Source of the DNA: Podarcis gaigeae
Lineage: Eukaryota
Strand: one strand, 5' to 3'
DNA: 64,000 nt
Assembly (NCBI GenBank): GCA_964106915.2
Contig: OZ066925.1
Shown: piece by piece, positions 49,431 to 62,616 of the stretch
Numbering within the stretch: the first letter of the stretch is position 1
Layout: every line of letters starts with the position of its first letter
Made by a program: the position numbers and the translations under genes
Notes under the pieces: model-generated
The model's input: only the letters and a program-made list of their open reading frames with translations
Databases searched by the model: none
What the model was told of the DNA's origin: nothing

Positions 49431-49600
49431 TCATAATCCCCAGTCCCCGTTAATAATGTGACAGCTTTTTTTATGAACAAACTGTAGTTTCCAAACAGTA
49501 TTCAAAAGTAGCCCCAGGTTTAGAACATTATATTGGTCTAACCTGCAAGTTATCAGAGCATGGATAACTGAGGCCAGGCAATCTCGGATCACATAGGCTG
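49431..49600 (-). mobile_element. Older L2 ORF2 fragment
   Basis: Minus frame PAYVIRDCLASVIHALITCRLDQYNVLNLGLLLNTVWKLQFV is a decayed form of the L2 motif HALVTSRLDYCN. Confidence 0.7.
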
Positions 49601-50313
49601 GTCCCTTACCTTTTCCGCCCCGACCTGGCCACAGTGATCCATGCAACGGTCACCTCCAGGCTTGATTACTGTAATTCGCTCTACGCGGGGCTGCCCTTGA
49701 AGCTGTCCCAGAAACTCCAGCGGGTGCAAAATGCTGCAGCGAGGCTCCCCATCTGCCATGGGAGCATATTCACCCAGTGCTTTTCCAGCTGCACTGGCTC
49801 CCGGTGGAGTACAGGGTCAGATTTAAGGTGCTGGTTTTGACCTTTAAAGCCCTTCATGGCCTAGGACCCTCGTACCTTTGGGACCGCCTCTCCCAGTATG
49901 CCCCACGGAGAGTCTCAAGGTCCATAAATAGCAACACCCTAGTGGTCCCGGGCCCTAAGGAAGTTAGATTAGCTTCAACCAGAGCCAGGACCTTTTCAAC
50001 TCTGGCTCTGGCCTGGTGGAACGCTCTGCCTCATGAGACCAGGGCCCTGCAGGATCTGATTTCTTTCCGCAGGGCCTGTAAGACAGAGTTGTTCCGCCTG
50101 GCCTTTGGTTTGGAGCCAATTTGATTCCCTTCCCCTCTTTCTTTTTTCTTTTCCTTTCTCCTCCTGCGATGAGGCTACATTTTAATATGTTAATGTTTCA
50201 ATATTTTAATGTTGTATTTTAATTTTAATTTTAAATTGTATTCATTCAACTTATTTTTATTACTGCTTGTTAGCCTTGAGCCCGGCCTTGGGGAGGGTGG
50301 GGTATAAATAAAA

Positions 50314-50358
<45 letters not shown>
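49596..50358 (+). mobile_element. 5'-truncated L2 LINE with (TTA)n tail
   Basis: VIHATVTSRLDYCNSLYAGLP...LQRVQNAAARL, then a frameshift, then LHWLPVEYRVRFKVLVLTFKALHGLGPSYL...WNALP. 3'UTR and (ATT)15 tail at 50314-50358. Confidence 0.92.
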
Positions 50359-50359
<1 letters not shown>

Positions 50360-51560
50360 TAGCTGCGGCCCTAAACTGGTAAAAGACAGGCCTTGTTCTT
50401 TAAAAGCAGAGCAGGAGGGGCATGTCAAGTGTTGGGACAATGCCTTTGCTTACAACTTTGCTAAGAACTGTTGCACTGTATATCCTGTACTTGGTGGTGA
50501 TACTGTTTGCTGATGTTATCAATAAAGCTTTTGGGATTTGCTTAGCCAAGCATCTTTCGTCTGAGGGTGGGAGCCTGGACATTAACAATCCTGTTTGTTA
50601 AATTCATTTGTATTGACTCTAGAAGCAATTTGTTCTAAATCTTGCAAGCTTTTCTTCATTCTGGTAGAGAAGACTACTGTAGGAGCAATATTTACCAATA
50701 GCCTACTGTAGAGTTCAGAGCTAATCTAGGCCCATGACCACTAGCTGACCCCTCATAATTCTAGACTAGAAGCAGAAGAAATGGGTGGTCATAACAATGG
50801 CTCTTTCTGCAGACCACTTGGGAGAGTGGGGCATCTTTCATTCTTTACTAAAACACATAATCAAGTAAAATCAGTTGCTAAACCACTAACTTCTTCAAGT
50901 TTATACATAAGATAATGGGAACTTAACTGTGGCAATCAATCAGTTCCTCTTAATATTATAACAATATTTGCTATCATTACCTCTTAGTCTGCTGGGGACA
51001 GGGAGCAAGAGAACACTTCCTCCCTTTGACCAAAGATCCTGGAATAACATCTAGAGACAAAATGCAACTCATTTCCACAGTCCAAACTACAATATATACT
51101 TTATAAGTGCTCAACTTTCTCCATCTAGGTTGCAAGCAACTCCAAAAACATATTTTAAAACTCCATGTTTCATAATCATTCATATAGTAATTTGGAAACA
51201 GTACTAAAACAAAAAATCTTAATGAGGAACTAGCCTATCAATTTTAAGATCTTATTCTTTGTTATAGGTTATCTTTGTTATCTTCCCTTTATTCAAAAAG
51301 AAAAGGCAACAAGTGAAGGAGTACTTTGGAATCCATGTATGGTTTACCATTTAAATTGATTATTCCCAGAGGAAAGTAAAATCTGTTTATCAACAATAAA
51401 CGGGAGATAGTTCCCTATAGGGAACTAAGGGATGTTTTGGGCAAATGCTAACACATTTTGTCCAAGGCTGGAAATGACAGATGGATCTTGAACAAGCTGG
51501 GACTCCAGCAAGAGTAAAATACTCAGAAAAGAGGACATTTTACAATGTTGGTCTAGAACT

Positions 51561-51720
51561 GAACATAAAAAGAATAGCCCTGTTGGATCTGGCCAATGGC
51601 TCTTCCTAGTCCAGCATCCCTGTTCTCACAGTGGCCAACCAAATGCCCATAGGAGGCCTGCAAGCAGAACTTGAGCACAAAGGCACTCTCCCCACCTGCC
51701 ATTTCCAAAAACTGGCATTA
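51561..51720 (-). mobile_element. Degenerate CR1-related 3' end
   Basis: GAACATAAAAAGAATAGCCCTGTTGGATCTGGCCAATGGC...TAGTCCAGCATCC resembles a reversed CR1-family terminus (recalled). Confidence 0.55.
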
Positions 51721-52465
51721 AAAGTGATGTACGCCTCTCAGTAACATGTCACTTTGTTTTATGCCCTGCAGCTGCAGAAAAATAATTTTGTTTCCTGGTA
51801 GATTCTTCTCACCTTCCCACAGAGTATACTATGCAGGTATGACGTGGGCCCAAATAGATTGCTTTTTACTAGCTGGCTGAAGAAGGAACCAGTGTTTTCT
51901 TAAACTTGTAGGCACAGAACACAAACATCTTATTCCCAAAACTATGGTAACAATGTTGACCATTGACTTTTGCACATATCTGCATTCCAATTAAACTTTT
52001 TATCAGAAAAAGTTTCTATCTCATTCTCCTTCCATCTCAAGAATTATTGAAGTGCTTGTAAGTCACCGAGTCAAACATATCCAAATTAATGGTTTAAGGT
52101 GGCTTCTTACAACGTAGCATTCTTTGACACGGGAATGCTTCTAGAAAATTCCCACAGAAGCAGTTCATTTGGAAAAAAAAAACCTTTTGTTAGAATTGGA
52201 CATCTCCATAGATCCACCTCCTCCCCAAAAGATTGAGAGATCCAGAATACTAATCTTGCATTCTATTTTTAAATCTGTCTTTCACAGAAAACAGCATGGC
52301 TGATTAATTTTAACAACTTGCATGTTGGGTTGTACTCTTTCCTGCTGACATGGGGACAGTATCAGGAGATATTTAAAACATCCGAAGGTGCAAATATATA
52401 TTACAAAACTGGTTGTGACATGTACAATGAGTTATATTTCTCAAGAGATGTGCTAAAAATTATGA

Positions 52466-52665
52466 NNNNNNNNNNNNNNNNNNNNNNNNNNNNNNNNNNN
52501 NNNNNNNNNNNNNNNNNNNNNNNNNNNNNNNNNNNNNNNNNNNNNNNNNNNNNNNNNNNNNNNNNNNNNNNNNNNNNNNNNNNNNNNNNNNNNNNNNNNN
52601 NNNNNNNNNNNNNNNNNNNNNNNNNNNNNNNNNNNNNNNNNNNNNNNNNNNNNNNNNNNNNNNNN
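52466..52665. other. Assembly gap (200 N)
   Basis: Run of exactly 200 N, typical of a fixed-size scaffolding gap. Confidence 0.99.
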
Positions 52666-54434
52666 GTCCTTCAGCAGTTCCCAAGTACAGTTTGAAGAAC
52701 AAAATGAATAGCAGGATTTTCCACCTCTGTACACTTACCAGAGGGACTGAGAAAGGAAGAGTTTCCTCTCAATACATGCAGCAGTTTGGAGAAGATAAGA
52801 AACATCAGGGAGAAAAAAAGAAAGGGCAGTAGACAAATGGTGTTTGAAGGTGGGGAAGAGGACTATTCTGGACTGTATTAAGGTGCCTCTTCTCATTCTA
52901 TGAACAAGTAAACAAGACTATCTGGATCCAATAGAAATCCATGAATGGAAATTTGTTAGTACAAACCTACTTGTGAATTCCCCTCCACAGTACATGCTGA
53001 GATATTTTAACTCAAAATCTTAATCAAAGTTTTACAGAATAAGTCCTGCTAAACACAATGGATTTTCAAGAACTGTGTTTAGAACCAGGATGGAAAACCG
53101 CACATCAGATTACAGTAGTATGATATAGTTCAGAGCAATGGGCATGGACGAGGAAGACCCCATAGCTGTTTTTAAAAAGGATGGTAGTGTATTTCATTGC
53201 TGAGTTGCTGAAAAAAATTACCATATACCAAGGACCAGCCTGTGAAATAGCGATGATTTATTCATTACTTATTATCATCTATTTTTACAACCATGTCTTG
53301 CTTTTAATTACTGGTTAACTTCATATGCTGTAATTATATAAAGGTCTTGTTTTATTTCTTTGCATTCAAACTTCCTTAACATAGTAATTACTTGATTTTA
53401 AAATTCTATGAAATTCTGATTAAGCATAGTGTTCAAATAAAAGCTGAATTTTCAGTTATTTGCTCAAATTATTTTTCTTTCAAGCTGAATTGCAGTATTG
53501 AATTTTCTGTTTGACATTTACATTAAAACAAAGATAAATAATTAAAAGAAAAATATTTTCAATTTTGGTGTCATGATTAGGGGTTCCACCAATTCTGCTC
53601 TTTGTGAAATAACAAGAGGACAATAGCATTTAGACTGACAACCTAGTCTGATGTACGGTATATTAATTAGGCTGCAATCATTGTATAAACACTTGAACTC
53701 AATAGGACTTACTTCTAGTAAACATGTGTTACATTATTGGAAACAATACATGAAGGTGGTAGCCTGGGTTAGGTTTTGCAAAAGTATGAGATATTCTATA
53801 AAAATAAAAATAATGGCTTCATGAAGTCTAACATCTTCACTTCATGTTAACTATGTTTAAAAACATTTCTTTGAATGCATAAATAATGTGTTTTAACTGT
53901 CTTGTTCAATGCTGACCAAGATGAGAACAGAAGAACTCCAACAGTATCAGTGAGTCAGCGACAAGAGAAAAACAACAACACTGCCATAACATGCAGCCCA
54001 CCTGCTTTTTCCACCAACTGCTGCTGTTTCATCAGCAAACTGACATGAAGTGCAGCCAGACTGGGACTGATTAGAAGCTAAAACCAAACACCTTCCAGGT
54101 GGAGCTCACTAAAACTGATCTGGCTGTGGGAGGCAACTTGTGGGCTGATCCTGTTGAGGAAACAGCAAAGGGAGTTAACCCTTTACGGAGTCATTTGGGG
54201 GATATCATGGGGACAGGGCACACACCCCATTCTCCACAAGCTGGTGGATGGTTTACTAGAGTAGCTCATAGTGGGACTCGGGAGAACTATATAGTGCTTC
54301 ATTCAATGATAGTGCAAGTTCTTTCTGGTGAGTGGCAGGGTTGAACTTATGTGAGACATAAATTAGGACTCCAAATATTTTGTGAATATCTTGAGTTTTA
54401 AGGTAAATTATAAACTGCAGTTGTGTACTATAGG

Positions 54435-54571
54435 CAGTGCTTTTTTCTGGGGCAATGCAGACTCCTAAACATTTTGTGAATCTAGGTTTGGCCTCATTGA
54501 GGGACAGTATTTCAACATGAGTAGGAAAATGAGAGTACCCATAAACACTTTTTTTAGAAAAAAAAGCATTG
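54435..54571. mobile_element. hAT MITE
   Basis: Ends CAGTGCTTTTTTCT / AGAAAAAAAAGCATTG; TSD ACTATAGG/ACTATAAG (7 of 8 match). Confidence 0.8.
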
Positions 54572-54703
54572 ACTATAAGTTTGGTACACTTTTGAAGGTT
54601 TAAATGTTTTTACTAGCTTAAAAGTTTATTACGCTATTTAAACTATATATTATTTTGGTTATTAAAACTGTTTTCTGCAACTATTACTATTGCTTTGCAT
54701 ATA

Positions 54704-54921
54704 CAGTTGTACCTCTGCTTACGTTTGGATACGTAAACTTCGGGTTGTGAATGTAGCAAACCCGGAAGTGTATACTTCCGGGTTTCACTGCGCACATGCA
54801 CAGAAGCCTTCTGCACATTTGTGCAGAAGCGCTGAATTGCGCTGCACATGTGTGCAGAAGGGTGCCTGCAGTTACGAAGTTTTCGGGATGCAGCCGGGCC
54901 TCCGGAACAGAGGTACCACTG
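54704..54921. mobile_element. Tigger-like MITE
   Basis: TA|CAGTTGTACCTCTG ... CAGAGGTACCACTG|TA, with internal palindrome AAACCCGGAAGTGTATACTTCCGGGTTT. Confidence 0.85.
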
Positions 54922-57407
54922 TATTGATGCTGAGCACTTTAAGTACCTTGCTCATATGACACAATTTAATAATTCTATTTGCATTTTTTATATGTACCAA
55001 TGTGATTCACTGCATTATAGCTGTTTTTGTTAATTGAATATTTAGTCTTATGTGCCTGCATGAGCTGAAAATGAGACTAGGGTGCCTTTACTGGTAGTGA
55101 ATAGGAGGTATGTCACAGTATGGCATTGGGAAACTCTGGACAAATTAAGAAAAGGGATGGCAGAAGTAGCATCTGCTTCCGTGGCCAGGCCGCTCCGCCC
55201 CCCCCCCCCCTCATCTTTGTTTTGCATGTTTAGATACCAGTTGAATATATTTTTGTTTATGCAGACTTTTACAAACTGAGGTTAGTTTGCTTTAATACAG
55301 CTGAAGATAGTGGTATATTGTGCTTAATGGTTCTGAGTTTTGCTGATGTTACAGTATATTGATTATTGCTAGGTTTTATTTAGAATACTTATTCCCCACC
55401 CCCTATTTTATTGTACATTGCCCTGGGCTCCCTTGGGAGGAAGGGCAATCTAGAAACGTAACAAATAATTCATCCCAGTACAGTTGATGACAATTTCAGG
55501 TGGGGATTCCATTCCCAGCCCCTGCGTGCCTCGCCCCTGTCCTAGTCACTGTCTGTACACATTATTTTGCATCTTACACTGAATTTTATTGGCCACTAAG
55601 CTGCTTGTTTGCCCACTGGGCTCTTTGGAGCTGTTCAATCAAGTTGAGATATTACTGCACTGGGTGATTTTGTCAACCAGGTTTATTGATACCTGAACCC
55701 AAATGTCTTTTGAACATCTCCAGGTAGGACTATGAAAGTCACTGCTTCGCAGGGTAGACAACATTAAGCTAGATGGACCTGTAGTGAGACTTAGCATAAA
55801 GCAGCTTCCTATGTTCCTATGATTGCAGACTGACCTGGCATAAATTACCGAGACCTAAATTGATGAACTGCCCTACTGTGACCCAGCTGTATCTGTCTGG
55901 CTATCTGGTATAACACCAGTCTAGACCAGAAGGGCGAGGAGGATCAATAAGCGTTGTTGGGCAAAAAACCCTCGTGGTCCCTTCCAACTCTTATGAATTG
56001 ATTCAATTTGATTCTCTCTCTCTCTCTCTGATATGATGAATTCCTCTTGGGGTGAATTCTTTTCCCGATAGAGATTAAGCATGCTCAGTGTTGACAGAAT
56101 GCAGAATCTGTCCTGGGCTGCTCTGAGGAATTCCCCATTCCTGAAGGCAGCCTTCCCAAGCTATTTCCCTGACTGCTGCGCCTGCTAGCTGCAACTGGTA
56201 AGAGTTGAAGTCCAACAACATCTGGAGGACACCAGCTTGAGGAAGGCTGCTTTCTTTGGTTTTTTTCCTACAGATTTTACAGAATCACTGTGTTTTAATT
56301 GAGGGTGCTAGCTGTGGTGCTGCCACAATACTACCTTTTCTCTTCCATAAGAAAACAAGAGTGAGAGTAGGATGCAGTCAATAATCTGCAATATGCTTGC
56401 ATTAGCAAATTAGGGTGGATATTTATAGGTTGCTAAGATTTTCTGCACATTGTCAGGAAGAAAGCAATTTAAATCATATGCATACACAGTAAAGTACATA
56501 TTAAAGCTCAATTCATAAATTCCACTTCCTGTGATCTGAGCAAGGGGAGACAATGAATTATGACACATGCAACATACCTCAAATGCAAAAACAGGGATTC
56601 AGCCAACTGTATCCCATAGTTACCTCCAAATCAAGGGTCATGGAAATTCTACATTCCAACTCCAAAATACATCAAGCAAAGAGATTCAAGTTCCAAAACT
56701 AAATGTGTGCTTAAGATTCTAGGCTTAGACTACAAACCTGTGCATAGGTCCTTCTTATTTGGCAGTACCACTGAACTCACCAACATCTACTTCTGAAAGC
56801 ACATACTGAGAACTGCACTTTTAGCATGTCAGCTAAGCTCACCCTTGATGTCTGGGATAAAGGAGAGCTCAAGATTACAAAACCTTATATTGTTTCTATG
56901 TAGCTACTTTTCAGTTATGATCTAATTCCACCTATGCCCACAACATAGAATTAATTAAGCTTCAAACCTGTTGTCTTCCAAATAAAGACATCTGAGTCAA
57001 CTAAATTTAAGCAGTTAACATAAATACAAAGTGAACAGTGCTATGCATAACAAAGCATTATATTGCTCCAAATGATACTGACCTTCATCTAAACACTACA
57101 TTACCATTTATGTTGTCTATTATGGCATTTACCTTGTGACATCAACCTTCTATTATTTTAATACTATACCATTAGATGAAATAGTGCTGTTGCTATCATG
57201 GACAAGTGAAACAGCAACATAAAACTAATGCTGAAACAACTCCTACTAGGCAAGTAAGAAATACAGGACCTCAAACTGGTAACTAGGTATCACACCCATG
57301 GGTGATTAGTGTTATCATGATGTTCTATTATTTAGAAAAAAATTCAGCAATATAGGTTACTATCTCCCATGATGTACCTGCAGTAATATACAAACAGCTT
57401 CAATATA

Positions 57408-57617
57408 CAGTGGTACCTCAGGATGCGAACGGGATCCGTTCCGGAGCCCCATTCGCATCCTGAATAGAACGTAAGACGCGACAGCGCATCTGCAGGTCGC
57501 GTTTCGCCACTTCCGCGCATGTGCGTGACGTCATTTTGACTCCGTTACTTTGGAGTCGCCACGGAGCGCAACCCGAAAATACTTATCCTGAAGCATATTT
57601 ATCCCGAGATATGATTG
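57408..57617. mobile_element. Tigger-like MITE
   Basis: TA|CAGTGGTACCTCAGGATG ... ATCCCGAGATATGATTG|TA; CpG-rich. Confidence 0.8.
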
Positions 57618-59774
57618 TATAAAGGTTTTTCCCCATTACAACTACAAGCAAAGTTCATTAAGACAGAGACAAGCAAAGACAGATTGATCTGTGGATTATT
57701 TGCATTGCAGAGGCATGTTTTCTGGTTCCCAATTATTTAACAACTACAACACATACACAAACCCTGACCTGTGGTAACTCAGGTGTATATTTGTACTTAT
57801 ATATATTGGGTTTAGTACGTAATTGGGCCCATCATCCAGCTGGGTCCCTTTGGTGAACCTCAGCATTCCTGCAAAAAACAAAACAGATCTCACCACCCTG
57901 AAGTCTGTCCATGTCTGCATTAAACAAAAATAGAAGCTTGTGAAGATGAGACTTGTGCTTCATTATTTCAAGTTGACATAATATTTTAATCTACAAAAAT
58001 AGAATCAGTCTATTAAAAGTTCTAGAATTACACTGAAAAGAGATTTAAAACGTAACTCTTTTTTTTTTTATTAACAAGAACAATGACTTTAGAATATGGA
58101 AGGCATGTTGAGATGTCTACCTACCAAAGTTGGGTGAGAAAAGCAACTAGAGCATTTGAATTAATAATGATGGAAGGAACAGGGAAGATGTACAGATAAT
58201 CATATTGCTTTGTCCATCTCCTTTTAGTTTTTCACTGTTCCAAGATCCTCATTTAGAACTCTTCACCACCACTTTCTCCTGAAACAAAACTAGATACTAT
58301 AGGCAACATATTTCGAGCCATCTGCATCACTAATGAACATTTTATAAGGGTCAACCTTCCCATCTTAAAGTGCTTTGTTAAAAGCCAAACATTGATGTAA
58401 GCATCACAACAGACACATATAAGCACTCGCCTAGTAGCCAGGAATTCCATGGAAGGCAAGTGTCCAGAATTACCTGGTCATCCTGTGATCAGCTGTTTAA
58501 AAGTTCACTTGACCTGATAGCATTTAATAATGTATTGTGACTATTGAGGAAACACTGTTTTGAGAAATTCTTTTCTCAGGATTGATGTACATTTTTGGTA
58601 CATGTCAGACAGTGAGAAGGTTTCATGGAAGGACCCCATCCCTCCTCCAGCAGCACACTTTGTCTCTGTACCAGAGAAGAATGGAAGTCTACTCTTTTAC
58701 AATCCGAAGCAGACTCACAGATCACTCGTCCCTCCGCTAGTCCACTTGTTATAAGGCTTTTTATTTGCCTGCTAAGAGGCTTAACCTCCTCAAGGGCCAG
58801 CATGGAAAAGCAAGCTGCTAATTTCTTAGCAAACCAGTAAGAAAAGGGACTGCAGTCTAGTAATTATTGAGAGCTTATTTACAAGGCTGCAGTATAGTAC
58901 CTTTCAACAATGCACATGACATTACACATGATGATACTTTAAGACTATTAACAATGCACGTGACAATACTTCAAATCCAGTGGCAGCCTACACAAGAATA
59001 GTAAAATTATAAGTGGCTTATAACTAGCAACTAAGATTGGTATCAAGAAGTTTTTACCACTTAATGCCCTAGTTCTAAGTATCTGCATATTTGCCTGCAA
59101 TACTGCATGCTTTGCAATTATATGCTTACTTGGTCATAGCAGCAGCTACACACAATCCTAACAACTTATTTCTCACCACTCAAGTTCCTGTGTCAAGCCA
59201 TCAGTTTTACAAAGAAGGGCCAATGCCCCTGTGCTCAAAAGCCCAAGAGTAACCCATGCATTCTAAGATTAGATATTTTCAGCCAAGCATTTGCAGCAGC
59301 AGAAGTGTGAAGTCAGGAACTTTTTCTTCCTGGGTGTGGTAGTCATGGGTTATGCTGCTAGTGAGCAACTGCTACCAGAGTACAGGCAGCACCAGGGGCA
59401 TAGTGTGCATGGAATTCTGTGTGCAAGCTGGTGTCCGATGCAAGATGGTGTCCACTGGGGTAGGTTGAACAGTTAACAGCAGGCAGAGCCAGGGCTAAGA
59501 ATAGGCAGGGCTGATGGTAGGCAAAGCACTGCAAGTTTGCACTTGTACATGTACTCCAATGACTGCAAGTCTAAATGAACTCACAATGGAGTTTCTTTGA
59601 GGAAAATGCATATGTTTGTGTTAGAAATCACATTATAATAAATAATTACATATAGTGCTACCATATTATTCCTACAGAGAAGTCAGAAAATATTACCTTC
59701 AGAAACGAATTTATTTTACCACACCAAGTCCAATCCAATGCATGTTTACTTGTGCCATCCAATGATGCTTATGG

Positions 59775-59930
59775 TTCCCATGCCACTACTCTTTCCACCA
59801 TCTGCCCCCAAAAGTGGGTATCTGCAACTGGTTGATAGTTTTTCCAGTCCAAGGTGTCCAGGACTAGTTTCTTTAAGAGTGATTGCATCACTACAGGAAC
59901 CACTGCCTTACACAATGAAATATTCACCAC
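59775..59930 (-). mobile_element. Old L2 ORF2 internal fragment
   Basis: AVVPVVMQSLLKKLVLDTLDWKNYQPVADTHFWGQMVERVVA is a decayed form of PLLKKPSLD...NYRPVS...KVIERVVA. Confidence 0.7.
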
Positions 59931-62121
59931 ACTCTGAACCCAACCAGTCACCACCCACTCCCCGCTAGATTTAATATGCCTTGAAGGCACATGGTTGGAT
60001 GTGATGGCCACCAGCCCCTTAGCCACATCAGCTGACTATATGAACTTAAATAATCCCACAACATGTGGGAGGGACTTTGGTGTTTGTCTTTCTTTTTCTG
60101 GAGGGTTATGGGGGTATATACCCAGGCAGTAGTGATGCAGACTCCAAGCAAGTAGACATAACATGGGGAAAAGGTTAAAGAAGAGTGCCTCTGGCTCTGG
60201 GTTGCAAGTGTGGCAGAGTACTGTCCTCTTTGCCCTTATAGGCCAACCACTCAGTGGGCACTTGGAAGAGGGTTGCTAAATACCAAATGGCAAAGTTTTC
60301 TGTGTGCATGATCACATATTATCTCATATTGTATCCTCTGTTTGACGTAACAAACAGGATGACAATGTGGTCCTAATGCAAAGGGCTGGAGAGCAAATAG
60401 CAAGGTGTCACCCAGCTTGTTTTCACAGTCAGCTCTTAAAATCTATAATAGAAGTATGACTCAGTTATGGTGTTTCACAATTGTGCTTGTCTATGCAGTT
60501 GTAAATCACATAATGAGAAAGGCCTATAGTGTTTGAACTTTTCGCTTATACTTTATAAATATACTAGAATTTTCTTTAGTCTGCAAAATTGTAATTGTTT
60601 TATTTAAAATCAGTGTTAGACACAATTGTCTATCTCTGTGGATATATAAACATCAGAACTACTACTTAGATAAGTTCTTCAACAAAGGAAAAAATATGCT
60701 CTTCAAAAAATTGCACTAGGTAGGATAAAATAAAATAAAAGCTACAGCTGATAGTACAAAAATACTGAGAAACTCCCATATTCTGCATTAGGAAAAATGT
60801 GTTATTTAAATACATTGTGCCAGTTCAAATTTGCACAAGTTTAGATGGTAAGCATAAATTAATGCTTGGATGGCTGGGAAATCAAGCATGGATGGCTGGG
60901 AAATCAATAACCATAAGCATAGAGCCAAGGCAGTGGTGGACCTCGGCATCTCAAATTTCAGCAGCGCCCTGTGAGATGTCAAAAGCCAGCCCTGCCCCCG
61001 CCCTCCTGTCTCTCACCTTTCATTGGAGTAAAAGTGGTGGTGACTATTCCAGCACCCCAGAACAGAAGCTCCTTGCCTGATGCAATCACACCAGTCATGC
61101 TCCCGTACAGCTGCCTCTGGGCGAGGTACACTTGGAAGTAAGGAGGAAATTGTATGTATCACCTGGAAACTATATAGTACCCTTTCTTTGACTATTACAC
61201 ACCCTGTCTAGAGCACTTCTAGCATCCAAACATCTATCCAAAAAACCGGATCCTGGTGTTGTGAAACCTAGTACATAGCAGTCCATAAAGTTCTGATCAG
61301 TTGACTGTGGGATCTGCTAAGCACTGTGACCATGGTTTTGTAAACTCCAACTATCAGCAAATTATCAGGGCTTGCAAAACTCCAAGCATAGGCCTTCACG
61401 TATCCTCACTGTGCCTTTATCTACATATTTTGATTTCAGTGTCATTATGGCATCAGTTGATTGCAGAAATAGTGAGGGAGGCAACAACACAGCCTGCTGG
61501 CAAAATCCAATTTCCTACCCATTATAGTGGGTGATACTTAGTAAGTCAGTAGACATACTGAAGTCAACAGACTAACGTCAATGGAGCCATTCAGGGTATG
61601 ACTAATGTTGAATATAACCCAATAGCTTTAGTTATTTAAAACTAGCCATTTCTGACTTTTGTACTTTTTTACCAACTTAATTTTATGACTGATATAGGCA
61701 GGACTGTGTGCATGTAATTACTTGGATTTATTCATCATAGTTTGTCCTACTCCAAGCAAGACTGCAAAGATGCAGTTTGCATATATAAATTCTAGTAGAG
61801 CTCAAACAATCATTGTTATTGGTACCCATATCTATTAACATGGTGTGAATGATAGCAATAGAATGATAGAACTATTTAACTTTATCTAATAAAGTTATTT
61901 TAACAATTTATAGCTTATTTTCAAAAGTAGAGTCTGGCTCCCTTCAAGAAATGTAGACAGTCAGCAATTCTCCTATTCCCAGAAATAATATGTCCTAATT
62001 TTAGTTCTATTATGTCATTAATCTGAACCTCAAAAATGTGTAGGCTGTGGACCATGTGATAAGCAGACTGATGTTTCTAACTGTGTTTTTGCTTCTTTCC
62101 ACTTTTAAGCTCGGAAAATCT

Positions 62122-62277
62122 AGAAGAAGAAGAAGAGGAGGAGGAGTTTGGATTTGATATCCTGCTTTATCATTATCCTCAGGAGTCTCAAAGCAGCTAA
62201 CATTCTCCTTTCCCTTCCACCCCCACAACAAAAACTCTGAGGTGAGTGAGGCTGAGAGACTTAAAGAAGTGTGACCA
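62122..62277 (-). mobile_element. Truncated lizard SINE (3' portion with CTT/CCT tail)
   Basis: (GAA)n(GAG)n followed by TTTGGATTTGATATCCTGCTTTATC...CCCCACAACAAAAACTCTGAGGTGAGTGAGGCTGAGAGAC, resembling a common lacertid SINE (recalled). Confidence 0.6.
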
Positions 62278-62444
62278 AAGTTATAATAACATGATTAATG
62301 GGCAGCCCATCAGCCTTAGAAAAGACTGGGTCATCAAACGTTGTATTTCTTATAATACAGATGTGAATGCCCACATCTCATAGATAATCTTTTGATTCAA
62401 AAGAGCAAACTACAACAAGAGAGCAGTGAGCTCCAAGATCCTTA

Positions 62445-62616
62445 TTGTTGTTGTTCAGTTGTTTAGTCTTCATGATCCCATGGACCAGAGCACACCAAGC
62501 ACTCCTGTCTTCCACTGCCTCCTGCAGTTTGATCAAACTCATTTTAGTAGCTTCGAGAACACTGTCCAACCAACTTGTCCTCTGTCGTCTCCTTCTCCTT
62601 GTGCCCTCAATCTTTC
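62445..62616 (-). mobile_element. RTE-BovB LINE 3' end
   Basis: Minus frame reads KIEGTRRRRRQRTSWLDSVLEATKMSLIKLQEAVEDRSAWCALVHG followed by a (CAA)n tail, which is the BovB C-terminus. Confidence 0.85.

Noticed and set aside
52318-52734. ORFs containing X runs
   Set aside because: Artefacts of translating through the N gap.
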